From: a virus
Taxonomy: Duplodnaviria; Caudoviricetes
IMG/VR virus record: IMGVR_UViG_3300017540_000016
Coordinates: 1 to 29,442 of that record
Reading direction: 5' to 3' (one strand)
DNA length: 29,442 bases
Shown: positions 1-8,634 of the stretch, piece after piece
Layout of the letters: every line of letters begins with the position of its first letter
Numbering within the stretch: the stretch's first letter is position 1
Notes under the pieces: generated by a model
Told to the model about the DNA's origin: nothing
Database searches by the model: none
Seen by the model: the letters and a program-made list of their open reading frames with translations, nothing else
Program-made: the position numbers and the translations under genes

Positions 1-762
1 ACCGTAAAAGAAGGGGTATTTGTAGGTACTAAAAACACCCATGAATTGTTACCCATGGTGCAAGGTTCAAAACTTGCAGGTACGATTCGGAAGGTAGCAA
101 ACACTGGCCAACCGTCTTTAATGTCTTTTGACGCAGGTGAGGTCAATAACAGTTTTGGTATTACCGTGTTTACTCTAGATGAGAAATCACTACAAGCAAA
201 ACTGACTACGGCCTTGGAAGTAATTCCCAGGGAAGGTTATCGTATTGACCACAATCTTGTCTATGAGAACATTATCCTTCCCTTGGCTAAGGATTGTAAT
301 TCTCACGTAATCATTGCTGACCGTTGGAATTCTCTAGATATATTGAGCCGATTGGCTTCTGATCTAGATTGGGATCCTATAGTACAGCAAATTACACCTC
401 GTAGAAAAGACTTTGACAACGTGCGTACTATGTTGGAAAACAATAGTCTCCAGTGTCCAAGAACAGAAATAGAAATATCGAAATTCTTACATAAAACCAT
501 CGAAGACTATAGATTGTTTTTCGTAAATAAGCCAATAGCACATCTAGCACACCAGATGACTACCGTCCGGGATGCAGGGGCCGGCCAATGTCCTGTCAAA
601 GGCCATAGGTACACTGATGACCTATTTAGGGCTTTTGCTCTCGGGGCTGCTAGAATTCATACGCCTAAGTTCGTGGAAAAATTGAAAAAGGCAGCTACAC
701 TTACAACCAGAGGTTCTATGCCAAAACCAGTGTACTTATCGCGTAGCGGTATTTTTAGGTGA
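1..762 (+). CDS. Terminase large subunit, C-terminal RNase H/RuvC-like nuclease domain (5' partial)
   Basis: Frame is open from base 1. Motifs match the TerL nuclease pattern: SFDAG (first catalytic Asp), IADRWNS, and GHRYTDDLFRAFALG (terminal DD plus helix). Confidence 0.7.
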   Translation, partial: TVKEGVFVGTKNTHELLPMVQGSKLAGTIRKVANTGQPSLMSFDAGEVNNSFGITVFTLDEKSLQAKLTTALEVIPREGYRIDHNLVYENIILPLAKDCNSHVIIADRWNSLDILSRLASDLDWDPIVQQITPRRKDFDNVRTMLENNSLQCPRTEIEISKFLHKTIEDYRLFFVNKPIAHLAHQMTTVRDAGAGQCPVKGHRYTDDLFRAFALGAARIHTPKFVEKLKKAATLTTRGSMPKPVYLSRSGIFR

Positions 763-766
763 TTCT

Positions 767-1792
767 ATGTTTGAAGCCGTAGCTGTTGGCGATTTACACT
801 TCGACGGTCAGTGGTCAACCATGATTGAAGACCACCACCTAATGTTAATTAAGGAATTAGACCGAGGTCCCATCAAATATGCGAAGAAGAAAGGTATTCG
901 TAATGTTATCTTGTTAGGTGATATTTGCGACAAACCTAGATTCAGCTATGAATCTTACCTAGCACTTCTAGATTTTTTCATTCGCCATAGGAAATTCAAA
1001 TTCTATTTGATCCCAGGCAATCATGAAATGCTAAGTACTGATCCTACAGTAGGTCATTCTTTGCAAATTTTCAAACCATTGGTAGACAATGGCCTGATTC
1101 CGAATGTTCATATCTTTGAAGAGCCTACAGATATTGAAGTAGACGGCTGTGGCTTACGTTTCTTACCGTGGCCGCATCAAAAATTTTCAAAATCTAGACT
1201 CAACGTTGCCCATGTGGAAGTCAGAGGCTCGAAATCAGATTCAGGTAGAGTCTTTACCAAGGCAAAGAATGAATCAGATGCGGTAGCCATCATAGGACAT
1301 TTGCATACACCTCATAAGGTTCGCAACACCTACTACACTGGCACTCTGATTCAACATAACTTTGGTGAGAAGGCAAAGAAGGGTTTTCATCATATCCAAT
1401 GGGAAAGCCCTGACAACTATGAATTTGACTACATACCTCATGAACCTGAGTATACTCTACGTACCGTGGTGGTTGAATCAAAGAAAGACATTAAACGGAT
1501 ACCTACAGATCCTAAATGTTTAGTGCGCTTGGTGATTGAGAACGGAGCAGATGTTGACACCACTATGTGGGCAGGTTTCTCAAATATCATCAAAACAACA
1601 CCGTTCAAATCACAAGATGACCTAAAAGCCGTCCTTCAGGCTGAACTAACTGATGGATCAAGTTTGAAAATTCGCACCCGAGATTATTTCAAGGCTTGGT
1701 TGCAATTGAAAAGGCTAGACCCTAGTGATGAAAAACGAATCCTAAAGCTGCATAAGAGGGTTACCTATGGGAGCCAATTGCATAGTAATTAA
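767..1792 (+). CDS. SbcD/Mre11/gp47-like metallophosphoesterase nuclease
   Basis: Calcineurin-like motifs GDLH, GDICD, GNHE, AH and GHLH, followed by a capping-domain-length C-terminus. Confidence 0.85.
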   Translation: MFEAVAVGDLHFDGQWSTMIEDHHLMLIKELDRGPIKYAKKKGIRNVILLGDICDKPRFSYESYLALLDFFIRHRKFKFYLIPGNHEMLSTDPTVGHSLQIFKPLVDNGLIPNVHIFEEPTDIEVDGCGLRFLPWPHQKFSKSRLNVAHVEVRGSKSDSGRVFTKAKNESDAVAIIGHLHTPHKVRNTYYTGTLIQHNFGEKAKKGFHHIQWESPDNYEFDYIPHEPEYTLRTVVVESKKDIKRIPTDPKCLVRLVIENGADVDTTMWAGFSNIIKTTPFKSQDDLKAVLQAELTDGSSLKIRTRDYFKAWLQLKRLDPSDEKRILKLHKRVTYGSQLHSN

Positions 1793-1994
1793 ACAAGAAT
1801 TAGTAGTTAGCCAATGTCCGCTTCCTAAAGGTGTTTGTTTCTTCAGGCATCGGGAAACCGGATTTTGTAAATATACTGAAACAGATGGCATGTCTGTTAA
1901 TCAACTTGCCGATTTAGTTGGTACTCCTCGGATTACTGAAGCAGAGTATCAATCAATACAAACCAACATCAGAGCAAAGATGGAGAATCTATGA
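1767..1994 (+). CDS. Small Cys-rich protein with possible HTH
   Basis: Has CPLPKGVC...FC and MSVNQLADLVG; its stop overlaps the next start (ATGA). Confidence 0.5.
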   Translation: MGANCIVIKQELVVSQCPLPKGVCFFRHRETGFCKYTETDGMSVNQLADLVGTPRITEAEYQSIQTNIRAKMENL

Positions 1995-2668
1995 AAACTC
2001 TAACCCTAAACGAAATTCTAAACCAACCTGCAAACGCACCTTTGTGGGTTCTGAATACTACCAATAGTTCGGAAGTAGCCCAGGCGGGTGAGCTTCTGGT
2101 TCCGATCCCTCGCCGGCACGGTCAGGGTTCAGACGTAGTTGTTGTACCTATGAGCTGGCTACCTTATGACCTAACGATGGATGCTGAACGGGAACTGATT
2201 ATTAACTCTTCAGAGTTCCGCAAAGCCGTACATTCGCAGAATCTATCGGTTATTTCTCAAGAAGAGGCAGACAAGCTACTAGGTGATCCCGAGGCTAAGG
2301 CTGAACGTAAGCGCCTTCTAGATAAGAAGCGTCAAGTGGATATTGCCCATGCTAAGGCTATTAGTGGTAATGACAAGGAAAATGCCCAAGGCAAACCTGC
2401 TACCAACCAAGCTGTGCGTGATCCCGGTCTTGCTGCCAACGAAGTGGCCCCTGGTATCACCCATCAATTCAAGGCTTGGATTGAACGTCTGAACCTACTA
2501 GCTGACGATGCCGTTCGGTCAGAAATTCGTCTGCGTCGTAATTTTACCTTCAAGGAAGTACGATTTGCTATGGCGCAGCTAAACAACAAGCCCCAAGCAC
2601 AAAGTCTGCTGCAAGACATCCTACAGGCGAAACGTGCGAAGAAGGCTAAAAAGGCTGCGGCTGCTTAA
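1991..2668 (+). CDS. Hypothetical phage protein with basic AKKAAAA tail
   Basis: 225-aa ORF with GGAG RBS, translationally coupled to the previous gene. Confidence 0.75.
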   Translation: MKTLTLNEILNQPANAPLWVLNTTNSSEVAQAGELLVPIPRRHGQGSDVVVVPMSWLPYDLTMDAERELIINSSEFRKAVHSQNLSVISQEEADKLLGDPEAKAERKRLLDKKRQVDIAHAKAISGNDKENAQGKPATNQAVRDPGLAANEVAPGITHQFKAWIERLNLLADDAVRSEIRLRRNFTFKEVRFAMAQLNNKPQAQSLLQDILQAKRAKKAKKAAAA

Positions 2669-2679
2669 ATATAGAGGTC

Positions 2680-2711
2680 TAGCTGGTGTTGCAAAAATAC
2701 AACACCAGCTA
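2680..2711. repeat. Inverted repeat with 12-bp perfect stem and TGTTG-N8-CAACA core, copy 1
   Basis: TAGCTGGTGTTG-caaaaata-CAACACCAGCTA. Confidence 0.9.
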
Positions 2712-2741
2712 TTGACACCTATAGACCAACAATGCTACAAT
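2712..2741 (+). promoter_or_regulatory. sigma70-type early promoter
   Basis: TTGACA (2712-2717), 18-bp spacer containing TG, TACAAT (2736-2741); heads a block of small ORFs. Confidence 0.8.
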
Positions 2742-2793
2742 ACTAGTACGGGGTATACCATCCCGATCGAGAAACTAGAAAGGAAAATCTAGA

Positions 2794-3060
2794 ATGTCTT
2801 ATGATTCTGTAGCATGCACTGTTAGTTGTTTTCTTAAACAGATTGCGCGTTTAGAAGGACCACCTGCTAAACGGTCCGACGATCGAGGTAGTAATTGTTG
2901 TGTACGTGTCCGAGTTGTTCACGCCCCTGGCGATGCGAGTGTATTTACATACCAACAGTCTGAACCAGGTCGCCCTGAAACTGCTACGATCACCATCCAA
3001 CGCGGGGACGTTGAGCAGCAAGTAAGTAAGCAAGAGTTGCTTACTATGATAGGCCTGTAG
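2794..3060 (+). CDS. Hypothetical early protein
   Basis: AAGGA RBS; first ORF after the promoter. Confidence 0.6.
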   Translation: MSYDSVACTVSCFLKQIARLEGPPAKRSDDRGSNCCVRVRVVHAPGDASVFTYQQSEPGRPETATITIQRGDVEQQVSKQELLTMIGL

Positions 3061-3067
3061 TACCAAC

Positions 3068-3087
3068 GGTCAGGTACGTACCTGACC
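3068..3087. repeat. Perfect 20-bp intergenic palindrome
   Basis: GGTCAGGTAC|GTACCTGACC. Confidence 0.85.
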
Positions 3088-3116
3088 TTCGTTACCAACC
3101 AGTAGGAGCACTGGAC

Positions 3117-3596
3117 ATGTTTTCAATCAAACACGCAAACACTGAAATCGCCTACGGCATTGTTCGCCTTTCCAAAATTCAATTCGACGCAGTGCGTGAA
3201 TTCATGCATACCGAAGAAAAGGTCGTTACGTTCCCTGGTAACGTGCGCATGGTTCACCAAGGTTCCGGTTTCTATCGACTTTTGCCGAAGTTTGGTGACC
3301 TGAAATCTACCGAACGAATCAATCTCGCAATTCGTTTGATCGGCCGCGCAATCAAGGATTTGCAGCGCGACTTGGTCGAAGAAATCCAACGAGTACGGCG
3401 AATCAAAGAAGCCGGTGAAACCACTGTAGCCTACGTCGATAGCAAAAACTGGAATGCAGGTAACTACAAGGCAGTTACCCGCAAGGCACCTAAGCAACAA
3501 GGCAAGCCGAATCCCAAACCGGGGGTATACACTCTTGAAAGCCGTGTCCGAATCAAGGGTTTTCAAAACCTCAACAGTCTTATCCCTCGCAATTAA
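3117..3596 (+). CDS. Hypothetical protein
   Basis: AGGAG RBS, 159 aa. Confidence 0.7.
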   Translation: MFSIKHANTEIAYGIVRLSKIQFDAVREFMHTEEKVVTFPGNVRMVHQGSGFYRLLPKFGDLKSTERINLAIRLIGRAIKDLQRDLVEEIQRVRRIKEAGETTVAYVDSKNWNAGNYKAVTRKAPKQQGKPNPKPGVYTLESRVRIKGFQNLNSLIPRN

Positions 3597-3605
3597 GGAA
3601 ATAGC

Positions 3606-3830
3606 ATGACTAATCGTGAAGTACAACAATCAGTTTCTATACCGCGCCACTTCGACAACGTTCAGGTATTTCAAATGTTGAAGGCGCTGTTTCCGAACAT
3701 TCAGCAGCCGATTATGGAAATCGTTATGCCTTGCAAGGACATCCGAAATGAAGACCGCGCAGGCTTTGTTTATATCAGCGAACGAGTACCCCAAAACGTG
3801 GTAAAGCAGCTTAACTTGGATTTTGCATAA
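3606..3830 (+). CDS. Hypothetical protein
   Basis: TAAGGA RBS, 74 aa. Confidence 0.65.
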   Translation: MTNREVQQSVSIPRHFDNVQVFQMLKALFPNIQQPIMEIVMPCKDIRNEDRAGFVYISERVPQNVVKQLNLDFA

Positions 3831-3856
3831 ATAATCCAACCTTTCAAGGAACCGAA

Positions 3857-4063
3857 ATGTCAAATAAACCGATCCAAATTCCGAGTGGTCTCGACAAGAA
3901 TGGCGTTTTCAATTGGTTGAGGTCTACCAAGAAAGTCGCCGAGACTGTCAAGGCACCTATCATGAGCATCATTCTCCCTACCCGTGATGGTGAACCAGGT
4001 TTCGTTACTGTGTACGATTGCACGGGTCGGCATGAAATCGAAACCTTCAAACTCCACTACTAA
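3857..4063 (+). CDS. Hypothetical protein
   Basis: AAGGA RBS, 68 aa. Confidence 0.65.
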   Translation: MSNKPIQIPSGLDKNGVFNWLRSTKKVAETVKAPIMSIILPTRDGEPGFVTVYDCTGRHEIETFKLHY

Positions 4064-4125
4064 TCGGTTCAAACTAAACCGAAGAATCTTTGACTGAAGA
4101 ACAAGTCACATTATCAGGAAACAAC

Positions 4126-4599
4126 ATGAATACCTATGCAACGGTACTGCTAATCATTTCCTTGGTTACTGCCTTTTGGCAGGGATTGCGTACACGTCAC
4201 CTGCGTCTGGAGGTAGAACGGCATCGGGCTATCGTTACCACCTTACAAAACCAACTTGATGGTTTCAATAATTCTCGGTACATTGCAAGCCAGCTTCGGC
4301 GTACTCGGGAATTGTGTGAGCTGTTGACGGTATACCATACCAAGAGTATGTTGGATGTTGGTTACGTAGGCAGCGCACTGCATATGGATCTCCAAGATGT
4401 TCTGGAAATGGCACGATTGGAGAACTTTTCGTACAAGGGGGTGCACGGTTCTATCCAATACAACCGAGACTTGGATCAGTGGGAAGGTGCATTGTACGAA
4501 TATGACAACCTGACCTATAAAGGTCTTAGCATTGCCTCTGCTGAGGAAAACTTCCGTGAAGTGGTAGACAAAAACGAACATGTCCTCAAAACGGCGTAA
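4126..4599 (+). CDS. Membrane-anchored protein with C-terminal HicB-like domain
   Basis: ATG 4126 follows AGGA. N-terminal hydrophobic helix (YATVLLIISLVTAFW). C-terminal FSYKGVHGSIQY...WEG...LTYKGLSIASAEENFREVVD resembles the HicB N-domain. Confidence 0.55.
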   Translation: MNTYATVLLIISLVTAFWQGLRTRHLRLEVERHRAIVTTLQNQLDGFNNSRYIASQLRRTRELCELLTVYHTKSMLDVGYVGSALHMDLQDVLEMARLENFSYKGVHGSIQYNRDLDQWEGALYEYDNLTYKGLSIASAEENFREVVDKNEHVLKTA

Positions 4600-5011
4600 G
4601 CTTATTGCAGAACGGGATCGCGCAAGGAAGAAAGAAGAAGCCTTGCGCGAAGAAGTTTTATTGGCTGAAAACTATACACGCCTTCAAACAATGACTGCAG
4701 GCTTTGCCAAAAGCGGTGAAGCTAAATCAGGTTTAAAGGGTAAGCAAGAGCTTTTTGACCTAAGAGCTCGATTTGGTTTGCGGTATTCTACCGATGAACG
4801 AGTTAAAGCCAAACTACAACCCGCAGTACCCAAAGTTCGGGTCAAACCGGCATACGAATCCCATATGCTTGAACGGGAACTGGAAGCCCAAGAAAAGACT
4901 CGACAACTCAAGGCGCGAATTGGTTTTGCTGGTAACAAAATGGGACTTCAGTATCTAACTGATTCTGACCTTGCTGATGAAAAGAAAGGTTTACTTCGTA
5001 GGCGTAGTTAA
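4580..5011 (+). CDS. Basic hypothetical phage protein
   Basis: 143-aa charged helical ORF ending NKMGLQYLTD...LLRRRS. Confidence 0.65.
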   Translation: MSSKRRKLIAERDRARKKEEALREEVLLAENYTRLQTMTAGFAKSGEAKSGLKGKQELFDLRARFGLRYSTDERVKAKLQPAVPKVRVKPAYESHMLERELEAQEKTRQLKARIGFAGNKMGLQYLTDSDLADEKKGLLRRRS

Positions 5012-5027
5012 CTAGGGATTTTTGACA

Positions 5028-6161
5028 ATGGAAAAGTCAAAGCGTATCAAATGGACTCTTGCTGAGTCCTCGCAAGTTGCACAAGAATTATACCGCCTTT
5101 GGTCCTCGCGTAAAAATACCGAAGCCTCCCTGATAAACCTTATTTATCAGGCGCAGAAGGTCTTGCCTATACATAGACACCGTAAGCGGGTTTATCTGGA
5201 GAAGCTCCATCCTGTTCTGCGCGAGTTCAATACGTTGGCTGGGTTTGATGTTGAAGAAAGCCATTCTAAAAAGAACAAACCTTTGAAATATGCTTGGTCT
5301 CAAGAAGAAGCAGAGAAAGTAGCACACGAAACTTGCCGAATTCTTGATGTTACTGGTGATAACAGGGCTTTTATGAAGGTCGTAAACGAAGCCCAATCGG
5401 TTCTAACTAGAAAACCGAAAGCAATCAGACAGGCTTCTGACATCAAACACTACCTGAAATGGATGGCTCCCATTCTTATTGAGCGCGGTTACCAACATCA
5501 TTTGGATAAGGTTATCCACGTTCTAAAGATTGACAGGGATCCCGTGAAGATTCATAAGACTACAGAAGATATAGTTGCTAAGCCCGAGCATAAACCTCAA
5601 GAACCTTCGGTTTCCCTGGAAAAACCAGAACCAAAGACTGAACCTGTCTTGCCTCATTTAGAGAAGAAACCAGACTTAGCTGAAGTTTTGGCGCAGGTTT
5701 TGCGACCTATGTTCAAACAGGTACTGAAGACTGCGGTTGAAGACGCCTTCAACCACTTGATGGATGAGGTACCTTCTATGGTGGCAGAAATCGCAAAGGA
5801 GTCTGGTAAGTCGGCGCCCAAATCCACACAACCTGAAAACCTGCCAAAGGTAGTACAAAAGACTGTACCAGAAGTATCCAAGCAACATGTGGTGATTGCA
5901 GGAAGAATCCAAGCAGTCAACGGCTACTATGCCTATTTGGATATTGAGGTAGTAACCGACCCAACACAACTGTCCAATGTTGTGGACTACAAATCGGTAC
6001 TGATTGAGTTGACCGAACATTCTATTCCTGTTTCAAAAGTCTTGAAAGAAAAGGCCGGGCGTTATTATGCTTGCGGTCGTTCAACTGAATATGCATTGCG
6101 GACATTTTTGCGTAATTTAAATAGCCAAGCAATGCTCGACTCTATACGCAACAAGAATTAA
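5028..6161 (+). CDS. Protein with two tandem N-terminal W[ST]xxE helical repeats (putative DNA-binding)
   Basis: WTLAESSQVAQE...QAQKVL and WSQEEAEKVAHE...EAQSVL, followed by Pro/Lys/Glu linkers. Confidence 0.65.
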   Translation: MEKSKRIKWTLAESSQVAQELYRLWSSRKNTEASLINLIYQAQKVLPIHRHRKRVYLEKLHPVLREFNTLAGFDVEESHSKKNKPLKYAWSQEEAEKVAHETCRILDVTGDNRAFMKVVNEAQSVLTRKPKAIRQASDIKHYLKWMAPILIERGYQHHLDKVIHVLKIDRDPVKIHKTTEDIVAKPEHKPQEPSVSLEKPEPKTEPVLPHLEKKPDLAEVLAQVLRPMFKQVLKTAVEDAFNHLMDEVPSMVAEIAKESGKSAPKSTQPENLPKVVQKTVPEVSKQHVVIAGRIQAVNGYYAYLDIEVVTDPTQLSNVVDYKSVLIELTEHSIPVSKVLKEKAGRYYACGRSTEYALRTFLRNLNSQAMLDSIRNKN

Positions 6162-6173
6162 TAGGGAACTCAA

Positions 6174-6422
6174 ATGGCGATTCTGAAAACTAATTCTATC
6201 CCCGGTGATGGTTACAAACCTGTAATCGGTTCATTGTTTATGGCTTCCATCGCCTCTGGTAAAACGCCGGTGGCTCGGTCAGCTAGTAATCCGGCACCTG
6301 CAATTTTTATCTATCAGAAACCCCAATTCAAGTTTCTGAAAACCTGCAAGATTGTACTAAATGTTATTGCCTATACAGCCCTTGCAATTATGGTTGTAGG
6401 CGCACCTTGGTGGCTTCAATGA
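6174..6422 (+). CDS. Small protein with C-terminal transmembrane helix
   Basis: IVLNVIAYTALAIMVVGAPWW. Confidence 0.6.
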   Translation: MAILKTNSIPGDGYKPVIGSLFMASIASGKTPVARSASNPAPAIFIYQKPQFKFLKTCKIVLNVIAYTALAIMVVGAPWWLQ

Positions 6423-6673
6423 CGAAACGAATTCCTAACATTGGTACCCTGGTTTCATTCAACCATGAAATGATTGAACACATGGGTTCTAAGAAAACTC
6501 CCGTTTATCGTATCAAGTACCAAGCAACTCAAGATTCTTGGGAATCTGCAAACGGTAAAGGCGGGTTCATATTGTTCCTAAATTCTGAACCCTCTGAAAA
6601 GCATAATTTTCTACGAGTTACCTCTATCATCAAAACAGGCAATGGCGCATGGGCGGACCCAGTCACGATTTAA
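6419..6673 (+). CDS. Hypothetical protein
   Basis: ATGA coupling upstream and TAATG coupling downstream. Confidence 0.6.
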   Translation: MTKRIPNIGTLVSFNHEMIEHMGSKKTPVYRIKYQATQDSWESANGKGGFILFLNSEPSEKHNFLRVTSIIKTGNGAWADPVTI

Positions 6674-7317
6674 TGCAGCATGCGAGTCCTAGTTTAGCTC
6701 TACTATCTGAGTATGACCGGAGTAAAGCTGAGTGTTTGATACAACGCCGTAACTATACTAAGGCAGTTCAAACTACACAGGCCATCTTGGCAAAATACGA
6801 ACCGGAATTCAGTAAGGAACTCCATCGGATCAAAGAATTACGAACTACAATTCGGTTCAATACCCACGGTATGCCGACTGAACCGTTTGAAGAATCTCTG
6901 TATATGGGAATCGCTGCTTCCCAAAGGGAAACGGACGCAGCAAAAGCCATTTGCAAAGGTTTGTACAAAGCTCTTGCGCAGAAATATCACCCTGATAAAG
7001 GTGGTGATCCACAACTCTTTGCTGAAATCTATCAGGCGTACAAACAATATGATATTGATTTCTTGCGCATTCAATGGATTCTCCTAGCTGAAGAATCTAG
7101 CCTGGATTGGCGTATCTCTACAGGCGTAGATTTTTGGAAAGAACAGTTATTAAAAAGTAAACATGAGTTAAAGATTCTTCAAGAGTCTCGTTGGTATTCA
7201 ATAGTACGGTTGCATGTATCTGGTCAACGGCAGCAAGCTAAGGAAACTATGAAGCAAGCCTTAAACGCTCGTATTTTCGAGCTCCAATCCGAACTTAACC
7301 ATTTGGTGACTAAATGA
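6673..7317 (+). CDS. J-domain (DnaJ-like) protein
   Basis: LYKALAQKYHPDKGGDPQLFAEIYQAY contains the HPD motif, embedded in helical/coiled-coil sequence. Confidence 0.85.
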   Translation: MQHASPSLALLSEYDRSKAECLIQRRNYTKAVQTTQAILAKYEPEFSKELHRIKELRTTIRFNTHGMPTEPFEESLYMGIAASQRETDAAKAICKGLYKALAQKYHPDKGGDPQLFAEIYQAYKQYDIDFLRIQWILLAEESSLDWRISTGVDFWKEQLLKSKHELKILQESRWYSIVRLHVSGQRQQAKETMKQALNARIFELQSELNHLVTK

Positions 7318-8180
7318 CTGACAAGAAAGGGAAGGTCGCAAACAAGACTCACACATGTACCTCTGATCCAACTTGGTCAGCTACCTTTTTGTACAATGGC
7401 AAGGCATACTCACACAATTTCAATGAATCGTCATTAGAAGGTTTGTTGCGCCGGATTGTATCCTACACGGATGATGAGTGTGATGATGAAGAAGATTACT
7501 TAAATATTAAGTATCTGCAACGTATTGTTGTAAACGATACTCTTGCGTGGGGTTGCCCAGACGGCCGTACTCAACTGTTTATTGTTTCGATCTTGGATTC
7601 ATACGGAAACGAGCATGACGTAACAATACCTACAGAAACTTTGAATGGCGTTTTTGAGAGAGCGTCTCACGGAATCTTGATAGATTCTTATTTTGCATTT
7701 AAAAATAATGTGACTGCCGTATATGATGACTCTGGGCGTTGCCTTTGGAAGCAAAAAGTAAACCGTAGGGCAATCGTTGCAGAAGAATTCACAGTCTCAA
7801 CGTCAGGTTCAGATTACGTGTATAAGTATAAGGCACAGAGCCTTAAGCAGTTGCTAACTGCTTTATACGCCGCTAAAGAATTCAATCCTGTTGATAATAG
7901 ACCGTCTATTGCAGAGGTTACTAAAATCACCATCGGTGACGGTGAAACCGTATGGATGAGGGCAAAGGCAAAAGGTGCAGAACCTATGACTGCTGAGAAC
8001 CAAATTCCAGTATCTCAAGAAGAATCTGAACAAGTTGACAAAATTCTTGGAATCATTCGCGTACCTGGGTTCGGTCTTTACGAAGAAACGTACAAAGCCC
8101 TGGAAAAGGCCGCTGCTAAAGCAGGCGTGATTCCGATAGCATACATTCGTTCTCTTCTGGAACGAAAATTTCGTAAATAG
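7314..8180 (+). CDS. Three-repeat protein with C-terminal ribbon-helix-helix-like domain
   Basis: Three roughly 70-aa units each end in a beta-G/D-x-x-hydrophobic-W motif. C-terminus is GFGLYEETYKALEKAAAKAGVIPIAYIRSLLE. Confidence 0.6.
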   Translation: MTDKKGKVANKTHTCTSDPTWSATFLYNGKAYSHNFNESSLEGLLRRIVSYTDDECDDEEDYLNIKYLQRIVVNDTLAWGCPDGRTQLFIVSILDSYGNEHDVTIPTETLNGVFERASHGILIDSYFAFKNNVTAVYDDSGRCLWKQKVNRRAIVAEEFTVSTSGSDYVYKYKAQSLKQLLTALYAAKEFNPVDNRPSIAEVTKITIGDGETVWMRAKAKGAEPMTAENQIPVSQEESEQVDKILGIIRVPGFGLYEETYKALEKAAAKAGVIPIAYIRSLLERKFRK

Positions 8181-8205
8181 CAATTTCAGTATCCAAGGAT
8201 GTTTC

Positions 8206-8526
8206 GTGATTTCCTCTAGAAGCGATCTCATGCTGTCCGTATTGAAAGTGGCTGGACGCGGCAGAATTGAAAGCCGTCGTAGCTTATTAAGCTACATAAT
8301 ACTTTATGTGCCGAAAAAGTACGTAAAGGAAATGGAGTCAGTGCTTAAACACGAGTTGCCATTCACTTCTTATTATGAAGTCCATCCACTGTCCATTAAA
8401 GATTGGTGGTTTCTATGGTCAGTGCAGCTTGAAACTTACGTGATTTCTTCCAAACCGGACATGTGCAAACTTTCGTATTCCTGGTTCCAACATGGGTTGC
8501 GAATAGTACAGAGAGTCTTTAGTTAG
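8206..8526 (+). CDS. Hypothetical protein
   Basis: GTG start after AAGGA, downstream of TCGTAAATA at 8171. Confidence 0.5.
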   Translation: MISSRSDLMLSVLKVAGRGRIESRRSLLSYIILYVPKKYVKEMESVLKHELPFTSYYEVHPLSIKDWWFLWSVQLETYVISSKPDMCKLSYSWFQHGLRIVQRVFS

Positions 8527-8533
8527 AATAAAT

Positions 8534-8609
8534 ACGCCTGTAGCTCAGCGGTAAGAGCAGCGGACTCATAATCCGTTGGTCGTGGGTTCAATTCCCACCG
8601 GGCGTACCA
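8534..8609 (+). tRNA. tRNA with CAT anticodon, probably tRNA-Ile2 (lysidine type); elongator Met not excluded
   Basis: Acceptor ACGCCTG/CGGGCGT, A73, encoded CCA, loop CTCATAA, T-loop GTTCAAT, and C4:G69 and C5:G68 pairs. Confidence 0.9.
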
Positions 8610-8634
8610 CTCAATACACAAGTAAAGGATATTC

